A DNA stretch of 64,000 nucleotides from Phoronis australis (GCA_002633005.1 NMRA01000760.1:9432-73431), one strand, 5' to 3'; counted from the stretch's first letter, positions 1 through 12,300 are shown. Notes: generated by a model from the sequence alone, not told the origin. Numbers and translations are program-made.

Positions 1-454
1 ACAGAAGATACAGAAGAGATAGAAAGAAAACCAAATTCAAAAATTCAAAAATTCAATATGGCTGCCTACCCGCGTGGTCTTTCATCTGACACTGGGTTCT
101 CAAATTTCAGTACTCTTTTGAGAATACCAACACCGCTGCCACCAAAATGTTGTGTCTTACCCCGACCACGTTAGTCTAATATACACTAGAACTATAAGAC
201 AGCTTACCTAACTGGTTATGGAAAAGTCTCTAGAGTCGATAGTAGATATGCGTTGGAGTCTTTTCAGAGTTCGGCTTGTCTCTCTCGAGTTTCAAGTGCG
301 AAGAACGAGTGAACCACGAGGTTGTGACGTCATCGTTACATCATGTTACCCAGCAGGTTCCATCTATTCTCCAATCCCAGCCAAGATAACAGAGAAGCCC
401 GCGAACCTGACTATCCAATCAAACCTCACGTACCATATGCACTGGTTCACTACA
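1..454 (-). mobile_element. 5' end of an LTR retrotransposon (probably Gypsy): LTR 148-454, tRNA-Leu PBS 131-144, leader running off the window
   Basis: The minus strand reads TGTAGTG...CACAACA (307 bp, 6/7 terminal inverted repeat), then TTT, then TGGTGGCAGCGGTG. That 14-mer is complementary to the 3' end of eukaryotic tRNA-Leu (CACCGCTGCCA-CCA). Confidence 0.78.
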
Positions 455-493
455 GCTGTGATACACCTGCTTCATTTATCTTTTTTGTTGCAG

Positions 494-697
494 TGCCTCC
501 CAAATTATCCATCCATGTGGTAAGGTTATTGTCACCCTGTGCAAAGGTCAAGGGGGAACGAGTTACGATCGACCAGTCAGAGCCTGGCATGACAGTTGGC
601 AAGTAGTTGCCATGGCGTCCAACTCGAGGCTCATTTTGAATGAAGTTCAACCTTTCAACATGGAGGATTATCCTGTTTACTCATCAACTGGCTACAG
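494..697 (+). CDS. FDXACB1: FDXACB1 internal exon (204 nt)
   Basis: Acceptor ttttttgttgcag and donor AG|gtattg. Encodes ASQIIHPCGKVIVTLCKGQGGTSYDRPVRAWHDSWQVVAMASNSRLILNEVQPFNMEDYPVYSSTGY(R). This frame is not in the ORF track. Confidence 0.92.
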
Positions 698-3600
698 GTA
701 TTGATATCCACGTGCAAACCTTTATTTAGTTCTTGCAACTATGCCAGAACTATCCACAAGCAAGGTCAGCTGACTATATGCTCATTGGGAGTATACAGCC
801 AAACCACATTCCAATGAACCTGATTTATAATAATTTATTTTAACCTGCCTTTAACTTTCCATTTCTTAAGCATTGGTAACTTAGAGCATTTCACGGTACC
901 TGAAATTTGACAAAATTTTGATACACAAAACCATGACTATATGTCCATTTCTTTTTGACTGGAACTTGTTTCAATTCTGGCTAAATCTAAACAAAGTCTC
1001 AACAGGTATTCAGGGATTTTGTCAAATTCCCAACAACTTGATATGCAACTCCATTCTTGAATAAGCAATTAATGGCTAGGCATAATAACGTGACATTAAA
1101 CTCTACCTTAAGTTCAACAAAATGCTCTTTTGTGTGCCAAATAATTCTTTGTCCAAGTTTGGCAAAATCTATTGATCAGCCACGAAAAACCTGTGCTGAA
1201 CGAGCAGCTCACAGCTGTGTACCACACGCTGGCTCTGTTCTGTTAGGCTTGCGGGCTTCCTACTGTGTGATACATTCACACTCTCAGCTTGTATGCACCT
1301 CTACCTGCTGTTACTGGTTATTTTGCTTATCCACGTTCATTTCACCTATTGTCTGATGATGAGACATGTAGCAACTATCTTGATATATAGCAACTAGTTT
1401 AACTTATTTGTAAGTTATGTCTCATGGTGTTTTGCGTCGTAACTGCACGCCTGACGATAGAAGATTATATAGAGACTACGAGTGAGTATATTTTAATCTG
1501 TCTTGCAAAAAGTGCAGTGTTGTGCCTTACTTTGCTGTAGTTTGCTTTGAATTTTGTGAATACAATCTGTTTTTACCATGTTTTACCTGTCGAGAGAGAG
1601 TTGTTAAATCGATGCCATAATCTGTCAACATGTGGCTCCTCGATTACAAATAGCTCCAGTCTGATGTTTGTTTTGCCATAGTTCATTTGCAAATCTCTTA
1701 AGGGCCTTTCATACTAACGTCGACGCGTCGATGGTTTGGGGAGTTGCGGTCAGTATGAACGCTTAACTCCGGTCCTGGATCGCAGTTAAGAGCTCCAGTT
1801 AACATCGCAGTTAATAGGTGGATTTAAGACCGCAGCGTCGACGCTGCGGTGCAGTATGAACGCTTAACTCCGGTCCAATTGAAGTTATCGCCAGGTGCCA
1901 CTGTTATCATCAACAGTTACAGAGTAGTGCCGTCACTAATAACTACTTATTTTTGGGTTTAATGATAACAAATCGATTTAAAAATGAGTTTTATGTCATT
2001 TAGCACATTTAAATGTTCCAAATTGTCACATTGAAAAAAATCTTAGCGTGCAGCGCTACCTTGCGATAACTTCGATGACGTCAGGGTCACCAACCCTTTA
2101 CTTCGATGGTCATTAACTACCGAAGCCAGTATGAACGGTCCAGTTAACTGCGCTGTTTACGTCGACGCTCCGCTCAGACCGGAGTTAAGTCAATATGAAA
2201 GGGCCTTTAGAAAACAAACCCAGAATGTTGCGTCTGCCAACTGAGCACATGTTTGTAATCCGTATCTGTCATCAGGGTTTGCAAATCAGATTTCCCACCA
2301 AAGAGGAGTCTGAGCTTTTGACTGATGGTAGAGTTTTGGTTGGCTGTTCAGGGTCAGCTAGTTGCCGAGTCATCTGACAACAACCTGCGCTGTACCAGAA
2401 CCAAGGTATTAACAGTTGACACGATATCAAGCAAATTGATCGAAGTTCCTTTTGTGTGGACCAAGGCAATTATCATATTAGCGACGACTTCATGGCTGTA
2501 AATTACCGGCTGAATTATATTAATAAATTAATATAATTTTGAATGAAACTGATGGTATTCACACTGCTTCGCTTCTGAAGTTGACAAAGGATTGTGGGAA
2601 GGCTAATTGATGGAATACTAGATTTATATTTGGATTTGGAAACTGCTGTGGTCTTGAGACAAAGCTTAATAAACACTATTGGTATTAATGTCCCAAGCTT
2701 TTGTTTTTGCAAAAGTCTCGTTAGATTTACAATACGTGTTATATGCTTGTTCCAGGAGTCAGGACCGGGGATTTCACACCCACAATGCACTGACACACAT
2801 CTTTGTCAGGTCTTCACCTCTCGAGCCTTACCCAGGAACTGCTGGAACAGAAAAACAATTGATTGAAATAGACGGCGAGAAGTTCATGTGCCCCGCATAT
2901 TTGGTGAGAAGACTAAACAGGCAGTTACACAGGACTGATTATCACCCAGTCTGTACTGTCCGAGAACGAATAGAAAATGCAGCCAAGACAAATTTCAATG
3001 ATGTTTTAATTTGCTCTGAAGAGAAGCCATTCTCTGTTGTTGTCAGGGTATTTGAAAGCCATGAGATTAGTGCCAGCAATGATGTTGCAAAAAGAGGTGG
3101 TGAAGACTTAGTTAGTTTGGAAAGAGCATACAGACTGGAAACAGCAAGATGTAGTGAGCATCTGTCGAGATCTGCTTTAGTCAGAGATGGAGTTGTTGTT
3201 CTTCGGCCTTCCTTGTTGTGTAACCTGGACCAAGTTACCGATGTCACACTCAACCACAGTGTGGCACTACTCACAGGACAGGTGTTTCAGAGATGTCCAA
3301 TAGGTGTCACCAAGTTACCAGTCTGCCATGAAATGTTGGTTGTCACTTCTATGGAAAAAATTAGAAGCGCTAACGACGATTCTCAGAAATCGGATTTAGA
3401 AGTAGTTGAAACATTCATTGCATGCCTTCAATTAAATGCGTCTGTGGAAGAATGTAGCTTTTTTGGAAAAATGATTTTTCCTCCGCATTTAAACCTTCTG
3501 GATAAACAGTGTTCTCAGGTCAAATTCTCTGCATTGTTGCGTTCTTCAACAGATCGGTCATGTGTTGGGAAAGTCTTCACAACTGTGAATTCCCAATCAA

Positions 3601-4025
3601 AGTGGGATGTTATTTTGCTCTTGGATTTAGACTCCATTGTAAGTGTGACATATGGCATTATGGACTTAAGGCAACTATGGAGTACAGATGAAAGATTCTT
3701 AGATCAGTTCAGAACTCCAAGCACAAATGTTTGTTTCACACCCTACAGTGTTTGTTATAAACCGTATTCCATGGATGTCAGCTTTTGGACATCGCCACGG
3801 TTTAGTGAAGAAAAGTTATGTGATATTTTGAGAGACGTCGTGGATGATTACATCGAAAGCACAGAGTTAATAGATGAGTACACCAACAGTGAGGGTGAGA
3901 AGAGCCTCTGTTATAGGCTGGTGTTCAGTGCCTGTTCTCAGGCCCTGTCTTATGATGATATGTACGCCTACTACCAGTCAGCCAGGAGCTGCCTACCTCA
4001 CTTGTTGGATGTTGTGCTGAGGTAA
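494..4025 (+). CDS. FDXACB1: FDXACB1 homolog (BMT5/DUF2431-like domain + degenerate PheRS-like region + ferredoxin-fold anticodon-binding domain), 5'-partial, join(494..697,2756..4025)
   Basis: The spliced translation reads VTLCKGQGGT...RAWHDSWQVVAMA...YSSTGYR|SQDRGFHTHNALTHIF, then LRPSLL, GQVFQRC, DLRQLWSTDERFL and DVSFW...SLCYRLVF...VVLR*. These motifs match FDXACB1 as I recall the family. Both splice junctions are phase 2. The first 26 aa of the 448-aa ORF in the track are intronic read-through. Upstream exons lie outside the window. Confidence 0.92.
1367..1643 (+). mobile_element. Possible second LTR relic (1367-1630) with tRNA-Asp-like PBS (1633-1643)
   Basis: TGTAG...CAACA termini, followed 2 nt later by TGGCTCCTCGA, near-complementary to a tRNA-Asp 3' end (expected TGGCTCCCCG). 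No internal ORF or TSD was found. Confidence 0.45.
1701..2206. mobile_element. Non-autonomous PIF/Harbinger-like MITE (intact copy)
   Basis: TIRs AGGGCCTTTCATA / TATGAAAGGGCCT with TTA target duplication (1698-1700, 2207-2209). It has internal repeats cagtatgaacgcttaactccggtcc (2 copies) and a perfect 22-bp palindrome at 1829-1850. Confidence 0.85.
2756..4025 (+). CDS. FDXACB1: FDXACB1 terminal coding exon (1270 nt)
   Basis: Acceptor tgcttgttccag|GAGTCAGGAC, open to TAA at 4023-4025. The C-terminal part has FDX-ACB motifs (DVSFW, SLCYRL). Confidence 0.92.
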
Positions 4026-4399
4026 CAGTACTGGTCACATGTAAGTCATGCGACAGCAGTAGGACCAGTAGTTCCCATCGAAATGCAACTGAGACTTGCA
4101 TTTGCTAACAGCTTAAAGATAAGCCACTTGAAAATTGGCCAAAACATTTTCCTAAAAATTTTGTTTGTTTTTGACGACAGAATTTTTTTCTGCAGTTTTC
4201 AAATTGACTACTCAAATGGTCCACCTTGGTGAAGTGTGGTTTTGCTTTGAAAATTTGTTGTTATTTACAACATCATATCAGTCATGTCTGTAACTGTTTG
4301 TAATATCAATTTCAATGAATGAAATTTTAGTGCAGACTTCTTTTACTTTTAGGAGTTATTCCCTCTATAGTTGTTGAAGCAGGGCTGTACGTTGCTTAA

Positions 4400-4730
4400 A
4401 AGGATATCAAACCCGATTTTTAAGTACTATTAAGATACTAAAACGACTTTCCTGTCCAGTTCTGTGAAACGAAGTAATGCTCTGTAACCTTCGACAACCC
4501 TCTGGTTTTGAGGAAAATTTGAAAACTCATTCTGTTAAGTGGGCAAACGCAACTTAACACTTCTAGTGAATTACACAGCAACTGTGGGAAAAGACCACCC
4601 ACCAAGGACCATAATTTTAGAGTTTTTGGTTGATTTCTGCTTGTACCTTTTAAGACTGACATTAATGATGCATCAGCAGGTGACAGAACGAGGACTGGTT
4701 GAAATCATCAAAACGGGGTTTAGTATCCTT
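4400..4730. mobile_element. TTAA-flanked MITE (Kolobok-like), family A
   Basis: TTAA|AAGGATATCAAACCCG...CGGGGTTTAGTATCCTT|TTAA. Purine-purine termini fit Kolobok rather than piggyBac. Confidence 0.78.
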
Positions 4731-5043
4731 TTAAACTTTTCATTTCCTTTCATCCCTAAGTCAAATTTAAATATTTTGTTCACATTTTCCATTTCCTTTT
4801 ACGTCATCTATAGATAAATGTCTAATATTCTGTGCTCGACTACATTAGGGTTTCGCTGTGAGTATGAACTCGAAAAATCTAAGTTTTTAGTACAGTTTAT
4901 TGTTCAAATCTAGGGTTCGTCAAGAGGGACTGTGGACTCCAATGGTTTGGGAAATGCATAATATGCTCAATAACAATTAACAGAGAATGGAAAATATATT
5001 ATCAATTGCGGGAAAAAAGACTAGATCCCTGGTCCTGGTGATT

Positions 5044-5272
5044 CCAACACGCATGGTGTAGAGTAGCAACTGCACACCAGTGTGTGTAGAGACACCAACA
5101 CACATGGTGCTGAGTAGCAACTGCACACCAGTGTGTGTAGTGACGCCAACACACTAGGTACAGAGTAGCAGCTGCACACCAGTGTGTGTAGACACCAACA
5201 CGCATGGTGCTGAGTAGCAGCTGCACACCAGTGCGTGTAGTGAAGCCATCACATATGGTGCAGAGTAGCACC
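5044..5272. repeat. Minisatellite, unit about 51 bp, about 4.5 copies
   Basis: Unit caacacacatggtgctgagtagcaactgcacaccagtgtgtgtagtgacgc, containing a ctgcacac...gtgtgtag hairpin. Confidence 0.92.
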
Positions 5273-5895
5273 TTCAGAGCAGTGTTTGAAAATAAGGTAA
5301 AATCAAATGTTACTTACTATTAGTCATACTTAAAACAGTAATATTAGACAAAGGCATTTATATTACAATTCATCAATACAAGATGGAGTTTAAAACTTTA
5401 TTGGTGTGGCCATCTACTCCCTCACATTCATAGACTAGAGACTATTATTTAACAACAGATCAAGAAACATCCATTAAAGACATTGTGGTGGTTTGTGAAA
5501 TTAAACATTTTTTACAAAAATGTTAACTATTAATACATCTGTAATCAGATCAAGTATATAATGCATGTTAAAGTTCGGAGTCATTCAAGGATGAACATTC
5601 AATGTTATCCGCTGAAGTTTTCTTTAAATTCACTGAATTTGTCTTCGATGGACATGTTTCTTAATCGTAGTTGACTAGATATTTACAACAAAACAAAGCA
5701 TTGACTGTGTTTAACATGGATAAATCGCAATGATTCATAGAGCTTAAGTATTGTATCCATTTAGGTTAAGTCCACTTGTCGCTAAAGTAAACTCCTGAAT
5801 CGTGCACAATTTCACTTTTGAGTGCCAAATTTCTGCTGAACTTGGGCAAACACCCACCATCTGAATTTAAGCTCATTTTGAATCTTGTGAGTGTA

Positions 5896-6408
5896 AGGTT
5901 ATGCAGGACTTTATCGACAAGTCTACAAAACTATAGAATCTAACTCGGCAAACGTCATTTTCTGAAAGCAGAAATTCCATAGAATTTAATTATTGAATTT
6001 ATACCAATTTGCCAATAACTGAGAAGTTCATGCAATCATGACTTAAAACAGCAAAATTTAGCAAAAAAGAAAGATAAATTCATAACAAAACAATGTCAAT
6101 AACACGATCAAATTTCTTATGATATAAATGCTCAAGATAAAATCTCAAAAACCTTGTTAAAGTTTTCGAAAGATTTGTTTCGTTTTTGTCTCATGCAGCT
6201 TTAATTTTTTTTTCACAAAAATCAGTCCTATTTTTTGATTGTCCCTCATGCAAAAGTGGCACATTTTAAACACTTCCTTACTGCGTTTTAGGAAACTGCA
6301 TCAAGCATGATATGTGAAAGTTTAACGTGACTCCATTCTGCCGCTTCTGAGATACAATGTTCTGAAGTTGGTCAAAATTGAACATATTTCTTGGGTCCCA
6401 CATAACCT
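5896..6408. mobile_element. Old TIR element family B (AGGTTATG termini, TTAA on one flank)
   Basis: AGGTTATGCAGGAC...GTCCCACATAACCT|TTAA. Related segments lie at about 33042-33296, about 38708-39185, an inverted copy ending near 18893, and an end at about 11375-11396. Shared motifs include tctgaaagcagaaa, aaaatttagcaa and ccctcatgcaaaa. Confidence 0.65.
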
Positions 6409-9313
6409 TTAATTTACAAGAATACGGTACTTCATACAAGAATTCAGTATAAAAGACATTCGACTCCCCATTAACCATGGTGTGCAAACAAGTATGTCAT
6501 ACACAAGACAAATTACGCAAAACTTCAGCTCCAGTACAAAATTTGATAAAATAATTTTAAATTATTGTGCCATTGTGCAAATAAAGTGATGGAGACAGTG
6601 AAACTTCATCCTAGAATTCAAGGGGATTTCATCCACGGCACTGCTGCCATTTTTCAAATGTATTGTGGAATGGTTAACAGCCGCTAAATATCCCGTGACA
6701 TCACAGATAATATGTTAATGTGTAAACAATGCCACAAAAAATTGTCACTTGAATGCACCAGAATTGAAAGCCCAGTTCCACTGCAACACACTTTATGGTA
6801 CTACTACGACTAAGCAAGTGCAAAGATTAAAGTTAAAAAGTGAGCTTCAAAATGCATCAACTTCAGGCACAGATTAGCAAATCTTTTACACCATCTAAAA
6901 CGTGAATTTAAATCAGGTTACACGTCTCCAAGATACCTGCGATGTAACTGGGTGTGGCTTACCAGCCAACAACCATCCCACAATGCATTTAAAAAACGAC
7001 GGCAGCGCCATTGATAAATTCCGCCAAACTGTAAACCAGCTGCACAAAATGATGAACAGGCAAACATTTTAAATGAACATTATTCACTGAATTCATTTTA
7101 ATTTAGGAGAAGAATGAAAACGCCCAAGTAAGCACAACCATGTTCCACACATCACAATACACTTAGCACTTAATTCTAAATACATTTCAAATGAAGTCAT
7201 AGACAGTAATTCAACTAAATGTAACTCAAATGTGAAACATACAAAAACGAGTGCACATAACTTAATACACAAACGCGACGTAAAATGTAAACCAAAATAT
7301 TTCGAGTGTGCTCGCCATCTAGAGTGGTTTTCAAGATAAACTTGATGTCAGACTTTGACAAGGCTTTAAAGCATGGATGCGTGGCTGTACATTTCACTAT
7401 GACAAGAAAACTGTAACTGTTAAATGAAAGCCTGCCTACATGTATTTGACAAATCAGACTAAAAGTGTGACAGCACAATATTGTCTCACCTTATTCCAAC
7501 TTAGGCTGTCATATGACAACAATGCTACTCAATTACTACATAAGTTCCCTTGGCATCGCCTAATATTTTTGGCATTCTGCCATAGACTACACAGTTGTTA
7601 GTTGAATTCACAAGATTCACTAACATTGATTATTTTGATTTTAAAACTGCCTACTAAACGGACTTGCCTTTTCATTAATATGAAACAATGATTTACTTGT
7701 TAGTAAATAATTTTCAAGAACAAGTTGGCGAGTGTTGTTGGAAGTAGTCAAATTTGTGGCAGGAATCCAGAAGAAAAATAGACAAAAAATACACAAAATC
7801 ATTTGAGAAGAAGCTGGAAATTTTTGCTTCAAAAATTTGGTAATTTCAATGAGAAGAAACTTTGTCGACTTTTTTTTGGAAAACTGCAGTAATAGCATTT
7901 TTGAGAAGCACCTTTTTGTTAAACTACTTACAATCCCACTAGTTGATTCTTTTTCACAATATTCTGCTCAAGTATATTTAGTCAATACAGCAAAATTCCC
8001 TTGGTCACTGTTAGATGCTTGACAGTAATTTTGTGGCAAACTCCCTCAACAATGGATTACCTGATCCAAAGAAGAGGTTAAAACTACAGGATGCACACAA
8101 ATTGAACTAAAGCATCTTTTTGTAGATGTATCAGCTACCGACATGTCTCAGAACTCAATCATTGATGTTCTTTCTGCTAAATGGACTCGGAGACCCCATG
8201 TTTGTTGGTAATGTTCGGGAACAAAGTTCTCAGTGCCTCAACATAACAAATGCATATCATGAGAACAGCAAGACATTCCTTAGAAGGAGACACTTGCAGG
8301 CCAAACAAAATACATGCACTGTTTGCAAATCAGAGAATTGTTTCATTTATTCCACCAGGTGAATTTCAAGCTTCTGGTTGTAAAGGGCATCTCACAGAAT
8401 GCACTTTCCGAGTACAAATGTCAAATCACACAGTTCCAAATACCGTCATTCATTCTACCAACCAAGCCATCTTTGCTCTGAATGCTGCAGAAATCTGTAA
8501 TTTAATTTCCACGAACCAACTTGAATGAACAAAATCGAGCTCAAAAGCAATCAACATTGAATCTTTCATTTCCTATTTCCTTTCTTGTTTCCTTGAAACT
8601 TTTAAGACAATGCGGCCACAGAAAATCGATCCATAACTGCCAGTAAGAGTTTCAAAAACCTTTTACCTAAAAGCAGCCTTTCAATTGCTCAACGCTAATG
8701 TCTCTGCCTAATTAGAGACTAGCTAGATTTTCCTAAATTAAGGCATTTTCCAAAATTCTCAACAGTAGCAGCTTTACAATCTACATGTGTTTTCTTTGCT
8801 ACCTAAATCACAGTTTCCCTTAGTTTAAATCGAATGCTACTCAAACAGTTCTCCAGTTTGGGACAAAGAAAAAATCATTAATTTGCTCAAGGTAGGAGTT
8901 TGTACCAAATTTTAGCAATAGGCTATGCTGGGCGTCTGAAAGTCAAATTATGATCAACCGATCTCAACCTTACGCACTACGAGAATACATGAAAACATTG
9001 CGTTGGCGACTATTTTTTAATAATTTCATAAACTGTCCATTCTAAATACTCTCTTGATACAAAATGAATTTTGTCCAATATTTGACAAATACGGTAAATG
9101 TCCAAATCGCCCATGTCCCAATCTTTAAAATCAAGAAAACTCAACTGCGGTTTGAATTTTGACTTCCCAAATATTAGAGACTTCCCTAACTGGAGAACTT
9201 TTACCATATTAACATCAGCTTCTTGCCAGGTGTTGTGGCCAGTGCAGATTGCATACATCCACCATCCACAATGGTTTAATGTCTCCACTCTCTCTCTCTC
9301 TCTTTAGTAATTC

Positions 9314-9382
9314 TTAATACTTGGTCACTCGGTAACTCTTCACCATGCAAGCCATGCAACAAGAGAAGATAATTCCAAACAG
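9314..9382 (-). CDS. Tetraspanin last coding exon
   Basis: ccttccag|LFGIIFSCCMACMVKSYRVTKY*, followed by a (GA)n microsatellite at about 9288-9303. Confidence 0.93.
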   Translation of the reverse strand: MFGIIFSCCMACMVKSYRVTKY

Positions 9383-12300
9383 CTGGAAGGAAACAAAAAA
9401 TCAAGAATGAAATTTTGCCTAATAATCTGCCCTAAAGAGGTAGAACACATTTAATGACCTTTAATGGCAAAGACAATTAAAAGTTAACAAGTGCTACAAT
9501 AAATGAAGAAAACATTTTTGCAACACCTGAATAAATTGAAAGCAGAAAGACGAGTACACATGGTAAGGGCCCCATGGGATTACCTGAGTACAGATATTTC
9601 TTTGTACTTCAGCAACACCTATTCAATACTAATTTGCCCCCTGATATCTCCACAGTTTTAATCAACTAATGGTTGTACTTACAGTGCTTAGATTATTGTA
9701 ATAATTGTTATTTAAACACTAGAGATGATTATCACTATTACAAGCACGCCAGCACAACCATGACAGGTAGACTTACCTGAAGACCACTGATACCAATACA
9801 GGTAGCACCAATTATGACCAGGTGTTCCTTAACATAGATGACCAGCTGAGACATACACGACTGGAAATACACAAGTGTGGTATAGAGTGCAAGAATGGAA
9901 ACCAGTCACCTTTTGCTCATATTTGTTTTTTTCAAATTTGCAATAAATTTTCTAGACAGGCAACTGACACATTCCGTGTCTCACTTTTGCTCAGTAACTT
10001 ATGAAGCTGATTTTTGCATAAATTCATGACACAAGGATTAATATTAGCTTCAATGAGTTTTTACCTTTTCCATTTGTTTCCCATGCACAATACAGCAACG
10101 TTTCATTATTACAATCGAACTGTATGAAATCCAAATACACTCGAAATGACACGACATTGGATATTTTTTAAAAGCAATATTCAAAGAGTGATTGCAATTC
10201 AGACCGTGGGGGTATTATCTCAAACTTGCGTGCATGGTTATCTCCTTGCATCACGTCTTCACATAGAAAATGTTTATTTTATTTTGTAGGATTTGATGGT
10301 GGTGAAAACAAAGGACATTTTTGACTAAACGCTTTATGAAAGTTTCATATGCAGATTTCAACATCACATCATAACATACTTGTAAAAATATTTATCAAAC
10401 ATAATTTCTCTCATTTGGACATATGCGTGTGTGAAATTCAACATGTACTGAAGGTTGGTCGACATTACATTGTTCCTGGCATCAAATGCATTTTGTCAGA
10501 TATTCCTGGTGTGTTTTTATCATATTCTACAATTGCAGCTCAGCTTGCTCCTCAAGTGTAAGCAATGTTCACATCATCTGTTTATGATAAATGTGAATTC
10601 TGACAAGCCAGAGAATGGGTTTAAAGAAAAATGTTTCGGAAAGTAATATGATGTCATGAATGCTTTTAAAGGCATTGTTGTTTTGTATCAATAAATGTTT
10701 GTTGTCTTCCTGCAAGTTTAACCAGCCTGTAACAATAATCTGTGGTCAGGTAGAGAGGGCATTAGACTAACAGTGACAGCCTACAGGGATATGTAGTCAC
10801 ATACAGGGGTACCACATTTAGAGAACCAGTTTCATGTCTGCTACTCAGTGGAGAATACTGGTTGTCAAAATGTGGGTCTCCAGTTGTGTACTACAGATAA
10901 ACCTGGTCTGCTAATGGCTAGTCAGCACTGAACAGTTATCACTAAGTCAGTCTGCACAGCAGCGCCATCTGTTGCCGATGTGATAAACATTAGCAGACTA
11001 GTCTCCTATTTTACCAGCAGGTCAACATGTGCTGTGCGGAGTCTGTCAATTGCATACATACTTACATCATAATTTATATTCGATGGTGACGTGCTTTTGG
11101 CACATTGGTCAGAGAACGTCTTACAACAACTGTCCGGTACAGTCTGGTTGACCAGGCCACTTTTGAAGTATTCACTTTTTTTCCAGTCCTCAAAGTCTCT
11201 GGCGCCACAGCACCGGAACTGTGAAGTAGAAATAAACCAATAACACTGCTTCTGAAGTTTGGGTTATGCTTCACTTACAAACACACCATGGCAGACTAGG
11301 ATTAACTATGTGAAAGTTACTCGATCATCAAAATTCTTAGAGTCTTATTTCCAAAGTTAGCCAAATTTAAACATTTTCTAGGGCCCTACATAACCTGAAC
11401 ACTAGATTTATAACAATGAGTGTCCTAAATCAGGAGTTGTTTTTACAGCAGGAAGATTTATAACACAGCAGCATAATTACCATTGTATGGTTAAGTCTGT
11501 TTGAGGTATGCTCACTGTAAATAAGTCATGGGTGTGAGCATGTACTGTTTACAGGACATCATGAACATGCATACATGTAAAGTGTGCTTCAATGACTAAC
11601 CTCAGGAGGGTACCATGAAGTGTGTTTTAAATCATTTAACTAACCTTTGTCTGTAGATCGTCTATAGCTTTTGTTTTCACTTCGTCAAAGTGATAATACT
11701 TTAGCATTGTTGAGTTGAGATTTCTTTCCATTTCAGACTTTAGCTGGAAATAACAAAAAACCTAGATATTTGCTACCTGGGTGAATAGTGGACATTTCAT
11801 TTAAACTTTATAACTGATATAGAATGTATCTTAATGGACTGGTGTACTTCACACCTGAAATTTCAAGCTCAACGGAATACAAAATTATTATAAATGCTCA
11901 AAAATCCAATGTCCACACCATGGGTGGTTGGTTGGTTATGGTCATGGAATATAAAAGTTTGAAGCCGTTGACACAACCAAATGAGTAAGCTAAACTCCGC
12001 AGAACATAATTCAAACTCATTACTGCGACAAGTCAAAATAATCTGTGGAGAACAATGATGGAGGTTTTTAAACTTGTCCCAAACTTTTGAAGGTTGGCAA
12101 AGCTTACAAAGCATCATTCAGTTCCAAAAATTGCGCGATTAAATCGAGCCCTAGTTATTATCTGTCAATAGCCATAATTAAACATTAAGGTTAGGTTGAA
12201 CTCATTACTTACCCCAGCCTGGTATATATACGCCAACACTCCTGTCACGGCCTCCAGTATAAAGACTAGCAAGAGGAGGAAGGCATACTACAATAATAAC

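Noticed and set aside
2679-2755. Treating the 448-aa ORF as an intronless gene
   Set aside because: The first 26 codons are intronic. An acceptor at 2754-2755 joins in phase to exon 494-697 and restores the conserved TGYRSQD motif.
5002-5271. 89-aa Cys/His-rich ORF (YTHWCA repeats)
   Set aside because: It is only the translation of the 51-bp (17-codon) minisatellite, with no splice or homology support.
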